This document shows, in pieces, positions 53,589 through 62,875 of a DNA stretch of 64,000 nt. This DNA comes from Azolla caroliniana. Taxonomy: Eukaryota; Plantae; Polypodiophyta. A program made the position numbers and the translations under genes. The stretch lies in contig JBHGNT010000017.1 in NCBI GenBank assembly GCA_043228905.1, positions 16,492,001 to 16,556,000 of the forward strand. Reading direction: 5' to 3'. A model generated the notes under the pieces. That model had not been told where the DNA came from and did no database searches. It worked only from the letters and a program-made list of their open reading frames with translations. The first letter of the stretch is position 1. Every line of letters begins with the position of its first letter.

Positions 53589-56500
53589 TATGATAAAACC
53601 GAAGAAACCTTGTACCATAGGTAGGGAATTTCTGTTCTCCGACAGCGGAGCGTGTGCGATGGTCGGCATCGCCGGCCGAGAGAAAACAAAGACGGAGGCG
53701 AGACTTCGAGCGTGCGGAGTTCTCGGCCCGGACAAGGAAATCAACGGAGCCGTGGAGGCGGTCTCATTCGACGACACCTTGGGAATGCTGGGAAAGGTAG
53801 TCGAAAAAGGCCTTAACGAAGACCGGACGATACCGGTGTGTTCCGAGGAGATGTACGAAGTCATCGCGGACTTCGGTCGAGGGCTCGAGTCAGTTCGGAC
53901 GGCCCACGTAAACACCAAGTACAAGACTGTGGACCGGAAGGTAAGGCCAGTAGCGGCACCCTTACCGGAGGACAGCGCGTCGAGAATCAAAGGGGTTGCG
54001 TCGGACCCTAGTCTACGAGATCCGGCCTGCATAGGGCACACCTTCACTGACGAGACGCTCCGAGAGCTCAAAATCGGTGGGGGCGGGTTCCTACTGCTGG
54101 CGGAGGAGGACCGGTTTCCGAGAATGCTCGGAAGGCACGGGAAAGCCTTCGCATTCTCGCCGGAGGAAATCGGGTGCGTGGACCCGACGATCGTAGAGCC
54201 GATGGTGATATTCACGGTACCTCATGTACCGTGGAATCTCAAGCCAATCTCGGTTCCGAGAGCTCACATCCCGAAGTTGATGAAGCTGTTGAAGCAGAAA
54301 GTTGATATGGGCATTCTCGAGCCGTCGAGCGCCCCGTATTCAAACCGATGGTTTACCGTACCGAAGAAAAACGGTTCGCTGCGCTTCATCCAGGACCTGC
54401 AGCCGGTCAATCGAGTGACCATTCGGAACGCAGGGATCGGACCGACCATAGACGAGTTCGCGGAGGCCTTCGCCGGAAGGTCAATTTACTCGGTCGGGGA
54501 TCTATACTCAGGGTACGACCAGTTCCAGCTTGCCGTGGAGAGCAGAGACATTACGACGATGCGAACTCCCCTCGGCCTAGTTCGGATGTGTACACTGCCG
54601 CAAGGAGGGACCAACTCGGTGGCCCACATGGTGAATGCGATGAACAAGGTGCTGAGGGACTGCATCCCGAACATCACCATGCCGTTTCTAGACGACATCC
54701 CGATCAAGGGGTGCCCGGTGGAAGAGAAGGACGAGACGGTCGGACCGGACGGATGCTGGCGATTCGTGGTGACGCACATCGACGACTGCGAGAAGGTGCT
54801 GCAAAGGCTAGAGGAAGCGAGACTCACCTTCTCCGGGGAGAAGTCGGCCTTCGGGCAGTCAGAAATCATGGTGGTCGGACACCTGTGCGGACCGTACGGC
54901 CGGAAACCGTCTCCGGCAAAGGTAGAAGCCATCTCCGCGATGAAGCCCGACTGCAGCTCGGTCACGGAAGTACGGAGATTCCTGGGGGCATGCGCGTTCT
55001 ACCACATATGGATCCCGCATTACGCACACCTCGCGGAGCCACTGTACGGGTTGCTGAAAAAGGGGCGAAGGTTCGAATGGCTAGACGAGCACGCGGAATC
55101 GGTCCGGAAGCTGAAAGAGGCCCTTGCAGCGGCACCGACGCTCCGGAAGGCGGTATACGGGAAGGGTACCCCGGTATTCATAACGGTGGATACCAGTCCG
55201 ACCGGGATCGGATGGGTCGTGAACCAGGAAGACGAGGACGGCAATCGGTTTCCGATCCGATTCGGCGCGAAAGTCCTCAGTGAACGGCAGCGAGGATACG
55301 CCCAGGTTAAACGCGAACTCTGGGGTATTGTTTCGGCGGTTAAGGCCGACAAAGACTACCTGATAGGGACGGAAGTGATCATCGAGACGGATTGCCTGCC
55401 GATTCTCGGAATGGTTTCCGGATGCGCGACTCCGGACCTGGCGATGCTCAGGTGGATAGCGTACATCAAGTCCCTGGACCCGGAAATACGACACATTTCC
55501 GGGAAAGACAACGCCATGGCCGACATGCTTTCGAGGGCGAGGTTCGACGACGAGGGCGGCATGGTTTCGGAAGACGAAGAAGTCGGCGTGGATTTCTTCG
55601 AGGCGGCATACATAACGACCGACGGGGTGAGCACTCCGGCGCTTAACGAGTTCGACGCGAGCAAGTACGACGGGGAGTGGCTGCAGATCGGCGGGTTTTT
55701 GAAGACAATGACGCCCGATGCGTCATGGACAAAGGACGAGGCCAACCGGATCCGGAAGAAAGCATATCGATTCTTTCTCCGAGATGGGCATCTATGGAAG
55801 CACCCGAAGAAGAGGGACGGCGTCCCGCTCCGGGTGGTGGCGATGAAGGAGGTACAGGAGGAGCTACTGGCGGCCTACCACGACAGCCCTTGGGCTGGAC
55901 ACCGTGGAACGTGGGCGACGTTTGAGAAGCTGAAGGGGAAGTACTGGTGGCCGGGATTGTACCGGGACGTGCATCGGTTCGTGTCAACTTGCGAGAGTTG
56001 TCAGATGCACTCGGTAGTCCGACACCGGGACGGGCTTCACCCTACGTACCCTCCGACTATCCACTTCAAATGGATGGTAGATCTGGTGACGATGCCGATG
56101 GGGGTAGGACAGATGCGGTATCTGGTCCTAGCGCGGGAAGACCTGACGAACCAGGTGGAAGGCCGGGCCCTTCAGAACAAGACGACCGCGGCCGTGTGTC
56201 GGTTCCTAGTCGAGGACGTGATATGCCGGTACGGGTGCGTCGGGAAGATCGTGGCTGACCGAGGGGAGTTGGACGCCGAAGAGGCCGCGGAGCTGTTCGA
56301 CCGGCTTGGAGTCAAGCTCTCGCTCACCACTGCGTACAATCCGGAGGCGAATGGGAAGGTGGAGCGCGGACACGGACCGATCGTCAAGGCGTTGATTCGG
56401 GCATGCGGAGGCCGAGTCGGTAACTGGCCGCAGCTGCTACCTTATGCTTTGTGGGCCGACCGGACTACGCACAGTTCGGTAACCGGGTACATGCCGACAG

Positions 56501-57015
56501 AGCTCATGTTCGGCCAGAAGCCGATCATGCCGATTGAACGGACGATCTCCTCGTGGGCAACGGTCGACTGGAGGGACGAGATGAGCCGGGAGGAGTTGTT
56601 GGCAGCGCGTATACGACAACTCGAACGGAGACCGGAAGACGTGGAGACGGCTGCAGAAAAGATCCGAGTGGCGAGGATAAAGAACAAAGCCAGGTTCGAC
56701 CGAACGCACCGACTCCGACCGAAGAAGATCGAAGAAGGTGACTGGGTGCTCGTCTACGACAGCAGCCTCGACAACCAGCACCGAGCAACGCGGAAGTTCG
56801 CACGGAGATGGTTCGGGCCGTATACGGTACAGAGCGCCAACGACAACGGGACGTATCATCTGGCGGAGCTCGACGGTACGAGAATAGCGATACCCGTGGC
56901 CGGGAAGAGGGTCAAAGCTTTCAAGAAGCGGCACGACGACGAACCCGACCCGATTCTCCTGGACAGCAGCAACGACCGATCCGAGGCCGAGGAAGGGCCG
57001 GCAGGCGAAGAGTAG
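53518..57015 (+). CDS. Inner gypsy Pol (RT-RNase H-integrase), -1 frame relative to gag
   Basis: Uninterrupted; DLYSGYDQ, LPQGGTNS, FLDD; VDTSPTG..ETDC; HDSPWAGHRG..CESCQ, MVDL, VADRGE, NGKVERG, WFGPY. Confidence 0.94.
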   Translation, partial: GFLERAAKAWGRDSPDTPGKPHTCMIKPKKPCTIGREFLFSDSGACAMVGIAGREKTKTEARLRACGVLGPDKEINGAVEAVSFDDTLGMLGKVVEKGLNEDRTIPVCSEEMYEVIADFGRGLESVRTAHVNTKYKTVDRKVRPVAAPLPEDSASRIKGVASDPSLRDPACIGHTFTDETLRELKIGGGGFLLLAEEDRFPRMLGRHGKAFAFSPEEIGCVDPTIVEPMVIFTVPHVPWNLKPISVPRAHIPKLMKLLKQKVDMGILEPSSAPYSNRWFTVPKKNGSLRFIQDLQPVNRVTIRNAGIGPTIDEFAEAFAGRSIYSVGDLYSGYDQFQLAVESRDITTMRTPLGLVRMCTLPQGGTNSVAHMVNAMNKVLRDCIPNITMPFLDDIPIKGCPVEEKDETVGPDGCWRFVVTHIDDCEKVLQRLEEARLTFSGEKSAFGQSEIMVVGHLCGPYGRKPSPAKVEAISAMKPDCSSVTEVRRFLGACAFYHIWIPHYAHLAEPLYGLLKKGRRFEWLDEHAESVRKLKEALAAAPTLRKAVYGKGTPVFITVDTSPTGIGWVVNQEDEDGNRFPIRFGAKVLSERQRGYAQVKRELWGIVSAVKADKDYLIGTEVIIETDCLPILGMVSGCATPDLAMLRWIAYIKSLDPEIRHISGKDNAMADMLSRARFDDEGGMVSEDEEVGVDFFEAAYITTDGVSTPALNEFDASKYDGEWLQIGGFLKTMTPDASWTKDEANRIRKKAYRFFLRDGHLWKHPKKRDGVPLRVVAMKEVQEELLAAYHDSPWAGHRGTWATFEKLKGKYWWPGLYRDVHRFVSTCESCQMHSVVRHRDGLHPTYPPTIHFKWMVDLVTMPMGVGQMRYLVLAREDLTNQVEGRALQNKTTAAVCRFLVEDVICRYGCVGKIVADRGELDAEEAAELFDRLGVKLSLTTAYNPEANGKVERGHGPIVKALIRACGGRVGNWPQLLPYALWADRTTHSSVTGYMPTELMFGQKPIMPIERTISSWATVDWRDEMSREELLAARIRQLERRPEDVETAAEKIRVARIKNKARFDRTHRLRPKKIEEGDWVLVYDSSLDNQHRATRKFARRWFGPYTVQSANDNGTYHLAELDGTRIAIPVAGKRVKAFKKRHDDEPDPILLDSSNDRSEAEEGPAGEE

Positions 57016-57087
57016 AGGCGGGCCGGTTTTCTCCGTGCCAACTTAATTTGGCGCATGCCGGTGGATGCGCGGTTAGGTGGGGGCGGA

Positions 57088-57802
57088 TGTCGTGAAGAAA
57101 ACCGCCAACAAGAGGAATCGGAGGAACAAGGCGTGGGAAACGGCTCTACACACACACGCGCGCCAAGAAGTACCTAAGGACGAAGTAGGTACATACGAGG
57201 ATCCTAGGCGGGTAGATTCGGTTGGTAAGCAGTTAATGCCAAACGGCCTCTTGACGGGCTATAAAAGGAAGAGGAAGAATAGAAGTCGGACATCTCCCGC
57301 GGAGAGGACGAAGTGCTGCCGAACCGATTTCGGAGCTTCTCTCTCACTCCTGCTCTCTCTGTCTTCTGCTCCATCGCGTACCTGTGCAGGTTTCGAGGAG
57401 GCTTGCGCTGTTCCGTGGAACGCCCCGAGTGCGTCCTGCAGCACCTCCGACCTGTTTTACCTTTCTGTGCGTCGCGACATACAGGGGTCGGCAGCTGTTC
57501 GCCGCCCTGTTCGTTTTCGTTAGTATCTATTTTGTGCCCCACCGTGGGTTGTAATACTTTAGTCTGTTATTTTCTTGCATTCATAAGTACATATCTCTCG
57601 TTGTTGCGTCCATCTGCGTCGGCGTTCATTTGTGATCTCTGTTTGTTGGGCCGTGTCCCTGTGCAATCGTCGGTTCTGCGCAATCGGATCTTCGGTTCTG
57701 TGTAATCGGGTCTCTCTCTTACCTCTCTCTCTCTTGCTCTTCGGTTCGAGACCCCCGTGGTCCCTCCTCCTTTCTACACGCAAGGGCGTAGCAACCCCGA
57801 CA
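57088..57802 (+). repeat. 3' LTR of the inner gypsy
   Basis: Direct repeat of 50676-51390, preceded by the G-rich tract AGGTGGGGGCGGA. Confidence 0.96.
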
Positions 57803-59308
57803 ACGGAATAACTCCGCGTCCGGGAATTCATCCGCTACTCCGTCGCCTGGTTCTCCGGACTCTAACCGGCTCAGGTAGTCTGCTACGGCATGCTGGATAC
57901 CGGGCCGGTGGAAAATCTCGAATTCGAACTCCTGCAATAGTAAGGTCCAACGGGCCAACTTACCGGTCAGGGACGCCTTGGAAACTAAGTAGAGGAGCGC
58001 CGAGTGATCCACATGGAAGGAGAACTTCCTTCCCAATAGGTAGTGACGAAACTTTGTTACACTGTAGATCATGCCCAGAGCCTCCCGTTCCGTCGTTGAA
58101 TAGTTCTTCTCCGCTTGGGACAGCTTCCGGCTGGCGTAATATACCGGCCGGTACCATTTAGGCTCCGTAAGTTGCATTAAGGCGCTGCCAATAGCGATGT
58201 CGGAAGCGTCCACGAACACATGAAATTCCTTGCTCCAATCCGGAGGCTGCACGACGGGTGCTTGCGATAAAAGTACCTTCAGGGCATTGTATGCCTTATC
58301 CTCCGTATCCGTCCATTGGAACGGTGTCCGATGTACCGCGGTGTGTAATGGTGTAGCCAAGTCAGCCAAGTGACGGAGCATCCGGCTGTGCCACCGGATC
58401 TGTCCTAAGAATCGGCTTAGTGCTTTGGCCGTTTTCGGCGCCGGTGCCCCTAGTATGGCGTTTACTTTGTCCGGGTCGACCGCAATGCCCTCCTTACTTA
58501 CAATGTGTCCCAGCAATATTCCACTTGAAACCCCAAAGATGCATTTTGCTGGGTTTAAGCTTAGCCGGTATAACCTACACTTTTCAAGGCATAACCGTAG
58601 GTGCTGCAAATGGTCTTTTCCCCGGCTATAAACTGCAAAATCATCCAGGAAAACTTGCATGAAGGCAGGAATGTATTCGCCGAAGATCTCCATGATGATT
58701 CGCTGGAACGTTGCTGGTGCCGTTTTTAGGCCGAACATCATGACTTCGGCCACAAACACCCCCCATTCGGTGACGAACGCTGTCTTTTCCTGGTCGTCCG
58801 GGTGCATCCGGATTTGATTGTATCCGCTGAACCCGTCTAAAAAGCTATAAACTTCATGGCCGGCGACGGCATCCAGTACTCCATCCGTGAACGGAAGAGG
58901 GAATGCATCCGTGATTGTGGCGGCATTTAGTTTCCTGTAATCTACACACACACGGATTTTACCGTTCTTCTTTGGGACGACGACGATGGGGCTCAGCCAC
59001 GTCGCTTTCTTTACCGGCCGGATGAAGCCCACTCTTAGGAGTTTGTCGATTTCCTCCTTCACTTTGGCGGCGTAGTTGGGGTTCATTCGGTATCGTCTTT
59101 GCGCCACTGGTTTCGCGTCCTTGCCTAAGTGGATTTGATGCTGATATAATTGAGGGTCCAGCCCTCGCATGTCTTCGTATGACCAGGCGAATACGTCGCG
59201 AAACTCCGTGAGAAGTTTGATCATCGCCGCTTTATCTTCCGGCTTCATTTCTTTGGCGATGTGTACCGGCTTTGATTCGTCCTTGCTTCCTAGGTTCACT
59301 TCGTCGAG
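57803..59308 (-). CDS. Outer gypsy RT-RNase H (pol middle part, truncated by the insertion)
   Basis: CVDYRKLN, LDGFSGYNQI, MFGLKTAPATFQR, FLDD, FVDASD, YSTTERE, VDH. Rejoins the integrase in frame (ELFR|ITPE) when the insertion and one ACGG are removed. Confidence 0.93.
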
Positions 59309-62191
59309 CTAGGATGCTTTTACCCGTTGGGAAACGGCCATTTCCCGTTCCAACGCTTCCTGTGCTTGCCGTAATTCCCGAATCGCATCTTTGTCTGGTT
59401 CGGCTTCGGTGTCGTCCCGCTGCGGCAAGTATGCGGCTACGGCTTCAGCTACGTCAATCTCGAAGAGTGGTACGATCTTCGGATGTTCCTCCAAGTACTG
59501 GGCTTCTTCGTCGTCTGCCAATCCTTCAAGCATGTTCACACATTCCGCATACAGCGGTGTGCATTCCTTACCGTTGCTCGTCCGTGGTTGTGTCGGTACC
59601 CGGACCTTGGCTTTCCCGCGCCGGAAGGTAATCATATTTTTTCGCCAATTTTGCTTGATGTGTGCTGTTTTCAACCATGGTCTGCCCAGCAATAGTGGGT
59701 ACGCGCCTTGCGCCTGTAGCTGCAGCACGACAGCCGAGATGTGAAATGTGTGGCCTCCTATGGTGACTTCCAATTTCCGTATTAAGCCCGTCGGCCGTAC
59801 CGAGCTCGTATCCGCCATCCGTAGCCAGAACGGGCATGGCTCCCATTCATGTATACCCAAGGTATCACACGTACGGAGGCTTATTACGTTCACCCCGGAA
59901 CCTCCATCGATTACGGTGCCGAGAAGTTCGTGCCCTTTGACAATAGCTGTAATCACCGGACTGCTAGTGTCCACTACCGTCGGTCCCTCCTCCGGGTTTG
60001 AGAAGAGGACTGGTGCCGGTGGGGCTATGCCGTCTGTCATGCCCGTTTTTAGCCCTTCCGTAAATCGCGGCACGAGCTGCAAGAGTCTTCCTAACGGCAA
60101 CGTGATCTGACATTCTTGCAGTGCTTGCCATGTCTCGTTTTCTGGGTGGCTACCGCCGGCACTCCCTATGGTATTCGCCTTTTGCCGTTCCGCGTCCGCG
60201 ACGTTCCTTTCATTGGCTTCCTTCACCCATTCTGTTGCCTGTTTTCGTATGGCCTCTTGTGTTTCCCACTCTTTGGCCATGCCTTTCGACCGTGTGGTTA
60301 CTTGCTGTACATCCGTCACTTCCGGAACCACCATATTAACTGCTGGTCGTTTCTCGTAGCTCTTTACCGGGCATTGGTTACTGTAGTGGCCTTCCTGCCT
60401 GCAGTAGTAGCAGTACTCTTTACGGGTATTGCTGGATTCAGCATTGCTGGTAGCCGGAGTCGGTCCCGTAGCGAGCGGTGCGTTCTGTGCCGGTTGGCTC
60501 CTTGGGGTTCCATGTTCCGGGTCCCTTGGGTGACCACCTTTCTTGAAATTACGTTTCTTATTATTCTTATGTTTATTTCGGTAGTCCGGTCGTGGTGGAT
60601 CGTAAAATCGGCCATAGTCCTCCTGGTGCCTTCGGTAACCAGGGGAATGGTCTCTGTCGTATTGCTCGTGTCGCCTGTTGGGCTCTCGATAACGGTCCGA
60701 TCGCTCATACCGGTCGTAGTTATCACGCCGATTCCCGTACCGGCCATCATTCTCTTGCCTGTCTCCGTACCGGACATCTTGTGCCGGTGGGTACCGGTTC
60801 CCTCTTTGCCAACGATCGTCATCTTCGTCTCGGCTGCTTCTTGGCTCGATCCGTCGGACGGGTGGTGCTTGTCGATTTAACAGGTTGTACTCGCACCGGT
60901 CCGTTGTATGACTCTTGGATTGACAAATCACACACTGAGTGCGCATGGTGCACTCTACTGCCGAGTGTCCGGCATTCAAGCAGATTGTGCATTGAATTGC
61001 CTGCCGGAACCGGAGATCTTCCTCGGTGGGTAATGCCCGTTGCAGTGTTCCCAGCGTAAGCCATGAGCTTGTCTTTTCCATTTCTCTGACCCGGTCAATG
61101 ACCTGGTCGATGGTGCATCCTCGAAAGTCGATTACCGTACACACCGTGCGTAACGGTTCCCGGAGTGCGTTTAAAAATATCGTCCGTAATTCCTCCTCCG
61201 GGGGTGCACGGGCAAGCTGGCTATGCATTCGTTGGAAACGGATGACGAATTGGGGAATGCTTTCCCCTGCCTCCTGTCGGATCGTATAAAACAGGCCCAC
61301 CATTGTCGTCTGGTCGACCTCCTTGTGGAAAAAATGCAAGAATTTTGCTTTTAATTCTGCAAATGTTGTGATGGTCGCCGGGTCCTGCGACCGCCGCCAT
61401 CGTGTCGCTGGTCCCTCCAACGTGACTCCGAATTCCGCTATCTTCGAGCGTTCTTCTTCCTCCGATGTCATTCGCTGGGACGTGTGATTTGCTTCCCATG
61501 TCTGCTCGAAGTCATCCACATGCGCTTCCGCATCCGGATCATCGCGGTACTTTGAGTATTGGAACGGCATGTCGTCGTCCAGTATTAAGCCGCGGTTTAG
61601 TTGCGTTTGTTGATATTTTTCCGGGTCTTTCTCCGGTTCCACTTCCGGTTCTTTTGCCGGTCCTTTTTCCGGTTCTTTTTCCGGCTCTTCTTCCGGTACC
61701 TTTGCCGGCTCTTTCGTTGGTGTTGGTGGCTTTGCTTCTTCCGCTTCCGGTGTTGGTGGGTTGACGGCTTCCGTTTGCGGTTCCGGATAGCCCTGGTTGA
61801 GCGGTTCCGGTTCTGGAGTCGGCACGGTATCCGATCCGTCGTCTTCCGGGCCGCCGGGGGTATCGTTGCTACTCCGGTAGTTCGTGTGCACGCTGTATCC
61901 CCCTTCGGAATCTGATTCGTAGGCTGAAAAGGCTTCTGCCTCGTTTTCTCCGCTTGCCAGCGCCTCCAGGAGTCGTTCGGTTTCCCGGAGACTACTTAGA
62001 CTGCTTCCGTCGTCCTGGTTGCGAGTTTGCCGTAACCGGAGAGATTCCTCCGCGACTCTCCGGATCTCGTTGGAGAACGAACGATCCGAGCGAATTTCCT
62101 GCGCTGCTTGCTGGAAAGTCTCACGCCGTCTTTGCCGTTCGGCGATGCGTCGAGCTCGGTCTGTAACCAAGTCGTGCGTTGGTCTAGTCAT
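59309..62191 (-). CDS. Outer gypsy Gag-protease (960 aa)
   Basis: Retrotrans-gag region (IRQEAGESIPQFVIRF), three CCHC knuckles, protease VIDGGSGVN..LLGRPW; ends at a TAG in frame with RT. Confidence 0.92.
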   Translation of the reverse strand: MTRPTHDLVTDRARRIAERQRRRETFQQAAQEIRSDRSFSNEIRRVAEESLRLRQTRNQDDGSSLSSLRETERLLEALASGENEAEAFSAYESDSEGGYSVHTNYRSSNDTPGGPEDDGSDTVPTPEPEPLNQGYPEPQTEAVNPPTPEAEEAKPPTPTKEPAKVPEEEPEKEPEKGPAKEPEVEPEKDPEKYQQTQLNRGLILDDDMPFQYSKYRDDPDAEAHVDDFEQTWEANHTSQRMTSEEEERSKIAEFGVTLEGPATRWRRSQDPATITTFAELKAKFLHFFHKEVDQTTMVGLFYTIRQEAGESIPQFVIRFQRMHSQLARAPPEEELRTIFLNALREPLRTVCTVIDFRGCTIDQVIDRVREMEKTSSWLTLGTLQRALPTEEDLRFRQAIQCTICLNAGHSAVECTMRTQCVICQSKSHTTDRCEYNLLNRQAPPVRRIEPRSSRDEDDDRWQRGNRYPPAQDVRYGDRQENDGRYGNRRDNYDRYERSDRYREPNRRHEQYDRDHSPGYRRHQEDYGRFYDPPRPDYRNKHKNNKKRNFKKGGHPRDPEHGTPRSQPAQNAPLATGPTPATSNAESSNTRKEYCYYCRQEGHYSNQCPVKSYEKRPAVNMVVPEVTDVQQVTTRSKGMAKEWETQEAIRKQATEWVKEANERNVADAERQKANTIGSAGGSHPENETWQALQECQITLPLGRLLQLVPRFTEGLKTGMTDGIAPPAPVLFSNPEEGPTVVDTSSPVITAIVKGHELLGTVIDGGSGVNVISLRTCDTLGIHEWEPCPFWLRMADTSSVRPTGLIRKLEVTIGGHTFHISAVVLQLQAQGAYPLLLGRPWLKTAHIKQNWRKNMITFRRGKAKVRVPTQPRTSNGKECTPLYAECVNMLEGLADDEEAQYLEEHPKIVPLFEIDVAEAVAAYLPQRDDTEAEPDKDAIRELRQAQEALEREMAVSQRVKAS

Positions 62192-62220
62192 CCATTACCG
62201 TCGTTCGCTGCGAGAAAGCA

Positions 62221-62236
62221 GGAATCGTGGTCGCCA
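62221..62236 (-). promoter_or_regulatory. Probable primer-binding site (tRNA-Arg-like)
   Basis: TGGCGACCAC.. starts 6 nt inside the 5' LTR end, after a CAGTTT spacer. Confidence 0.6.
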
Positions 62237-62242
62237 AAACTG

Positions 62243-62662
62243 TGTTATTCGCTTAGCCGGACAAGGCCTAACACAAGGTGTCACGGAGACACTTCACCAA
62301 AGGGTGAGTACGGCATAGGATTAAGATTCAACGATTACACCGACTTACGTAGGTTACACGCTTAGATTGCTTTGGTTAATTACACGCGTAAGATATAACA
62401 GTGATTACAAAACGGAAATCAAGACAGAAGTATAAACATCATAATCTCTATTAATTATCCGCTGTCATTACAATAGGGTCCGGGCCTTTAAATAGGTTTC
62501 CGGCCCGTAGTACAAAACGGTGCCCCTCGCACCTATTCGGGATCCGTCCGGATCTGGAACGGCATACCGTTTCCAGTCCGTCCGTCCACACTATCCTCAT
62601 TTACAACCATATATAATTAATTCCTTCACTCCGTATTTTGGACTCCTTGCCGGCCGGTAACA
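62243..62662 (-). repeat. 5' LTR of the outer gypsy (420 bp)
   Basis: Direct repeat of 45666-46085. Confidence 0.96.
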
Positions 62663-62667
62663 TCGTT

Positions 62668-62875
62668 CACTTGTGTCTTCTAAATCTTTAAGTGAGCATT
62701 CTAGTTCATTAATTTATTTGTGTAATTGATCCTGTGCTTCAATTTTATTATTTTAATATTGACACCACAACATTGCCACATTATGAACAACGATTACTCG
62801 ACTCTATTTTAGATGATTTTCAAGACATGTTTCCTAATGAATTGCCGCTTACTTTACCACCAAAACATAATGTGA
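62668..62875 (+). pseudogene. Continuation of the old gypsy relic (protease-RT linker)
   Basis: ILDDFQDMFPNELPLTLPPKHNV resembles the usual gypsy pre-RT motif. Confidence 0.65.

Larger units (their letters stand above)
50676..57802 (+). mobile_element. Intact Ty3/gypsy element of fungal-like type nested in the outer gypsy pol
   Basis: 715-bp LTRs at 50676-51390 and 57088-57802; 4-bp TSD ACGG (50672-50675, 57803-57806); PBS; G-rich tract; two open ORFs. Confidence 0.97.
45666..62662 (-). mobile_element. Young non-chromovirus Ty3/gypsy (Athila/Tat-like) with an extra 3' ORF, interrupted by a second gypsy
   Basis: 420-bp TG..CA LTRs at 45666-46085 and 62243-62662; TSD TCGTT (45661-45665, 62663-62667); gag-PR-RT-RH-INT order; no chromodomain or second RNase H seen. 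Confidence 0.96.

Noticed and set aside
50676-57802. Bacterial or fungal contamination suggested by high GC
   Set aside because: Bounded by LTRs and a TSD within another element, with a PBS matching a plant-type tRNA.
46495-61915. Many overlapping antisense and alternate-frame ORFs of 100-300 aa
   Set aside because: Expected shadows of GC-rich TE coding sequence and LTR duplicates; no independent motifs.
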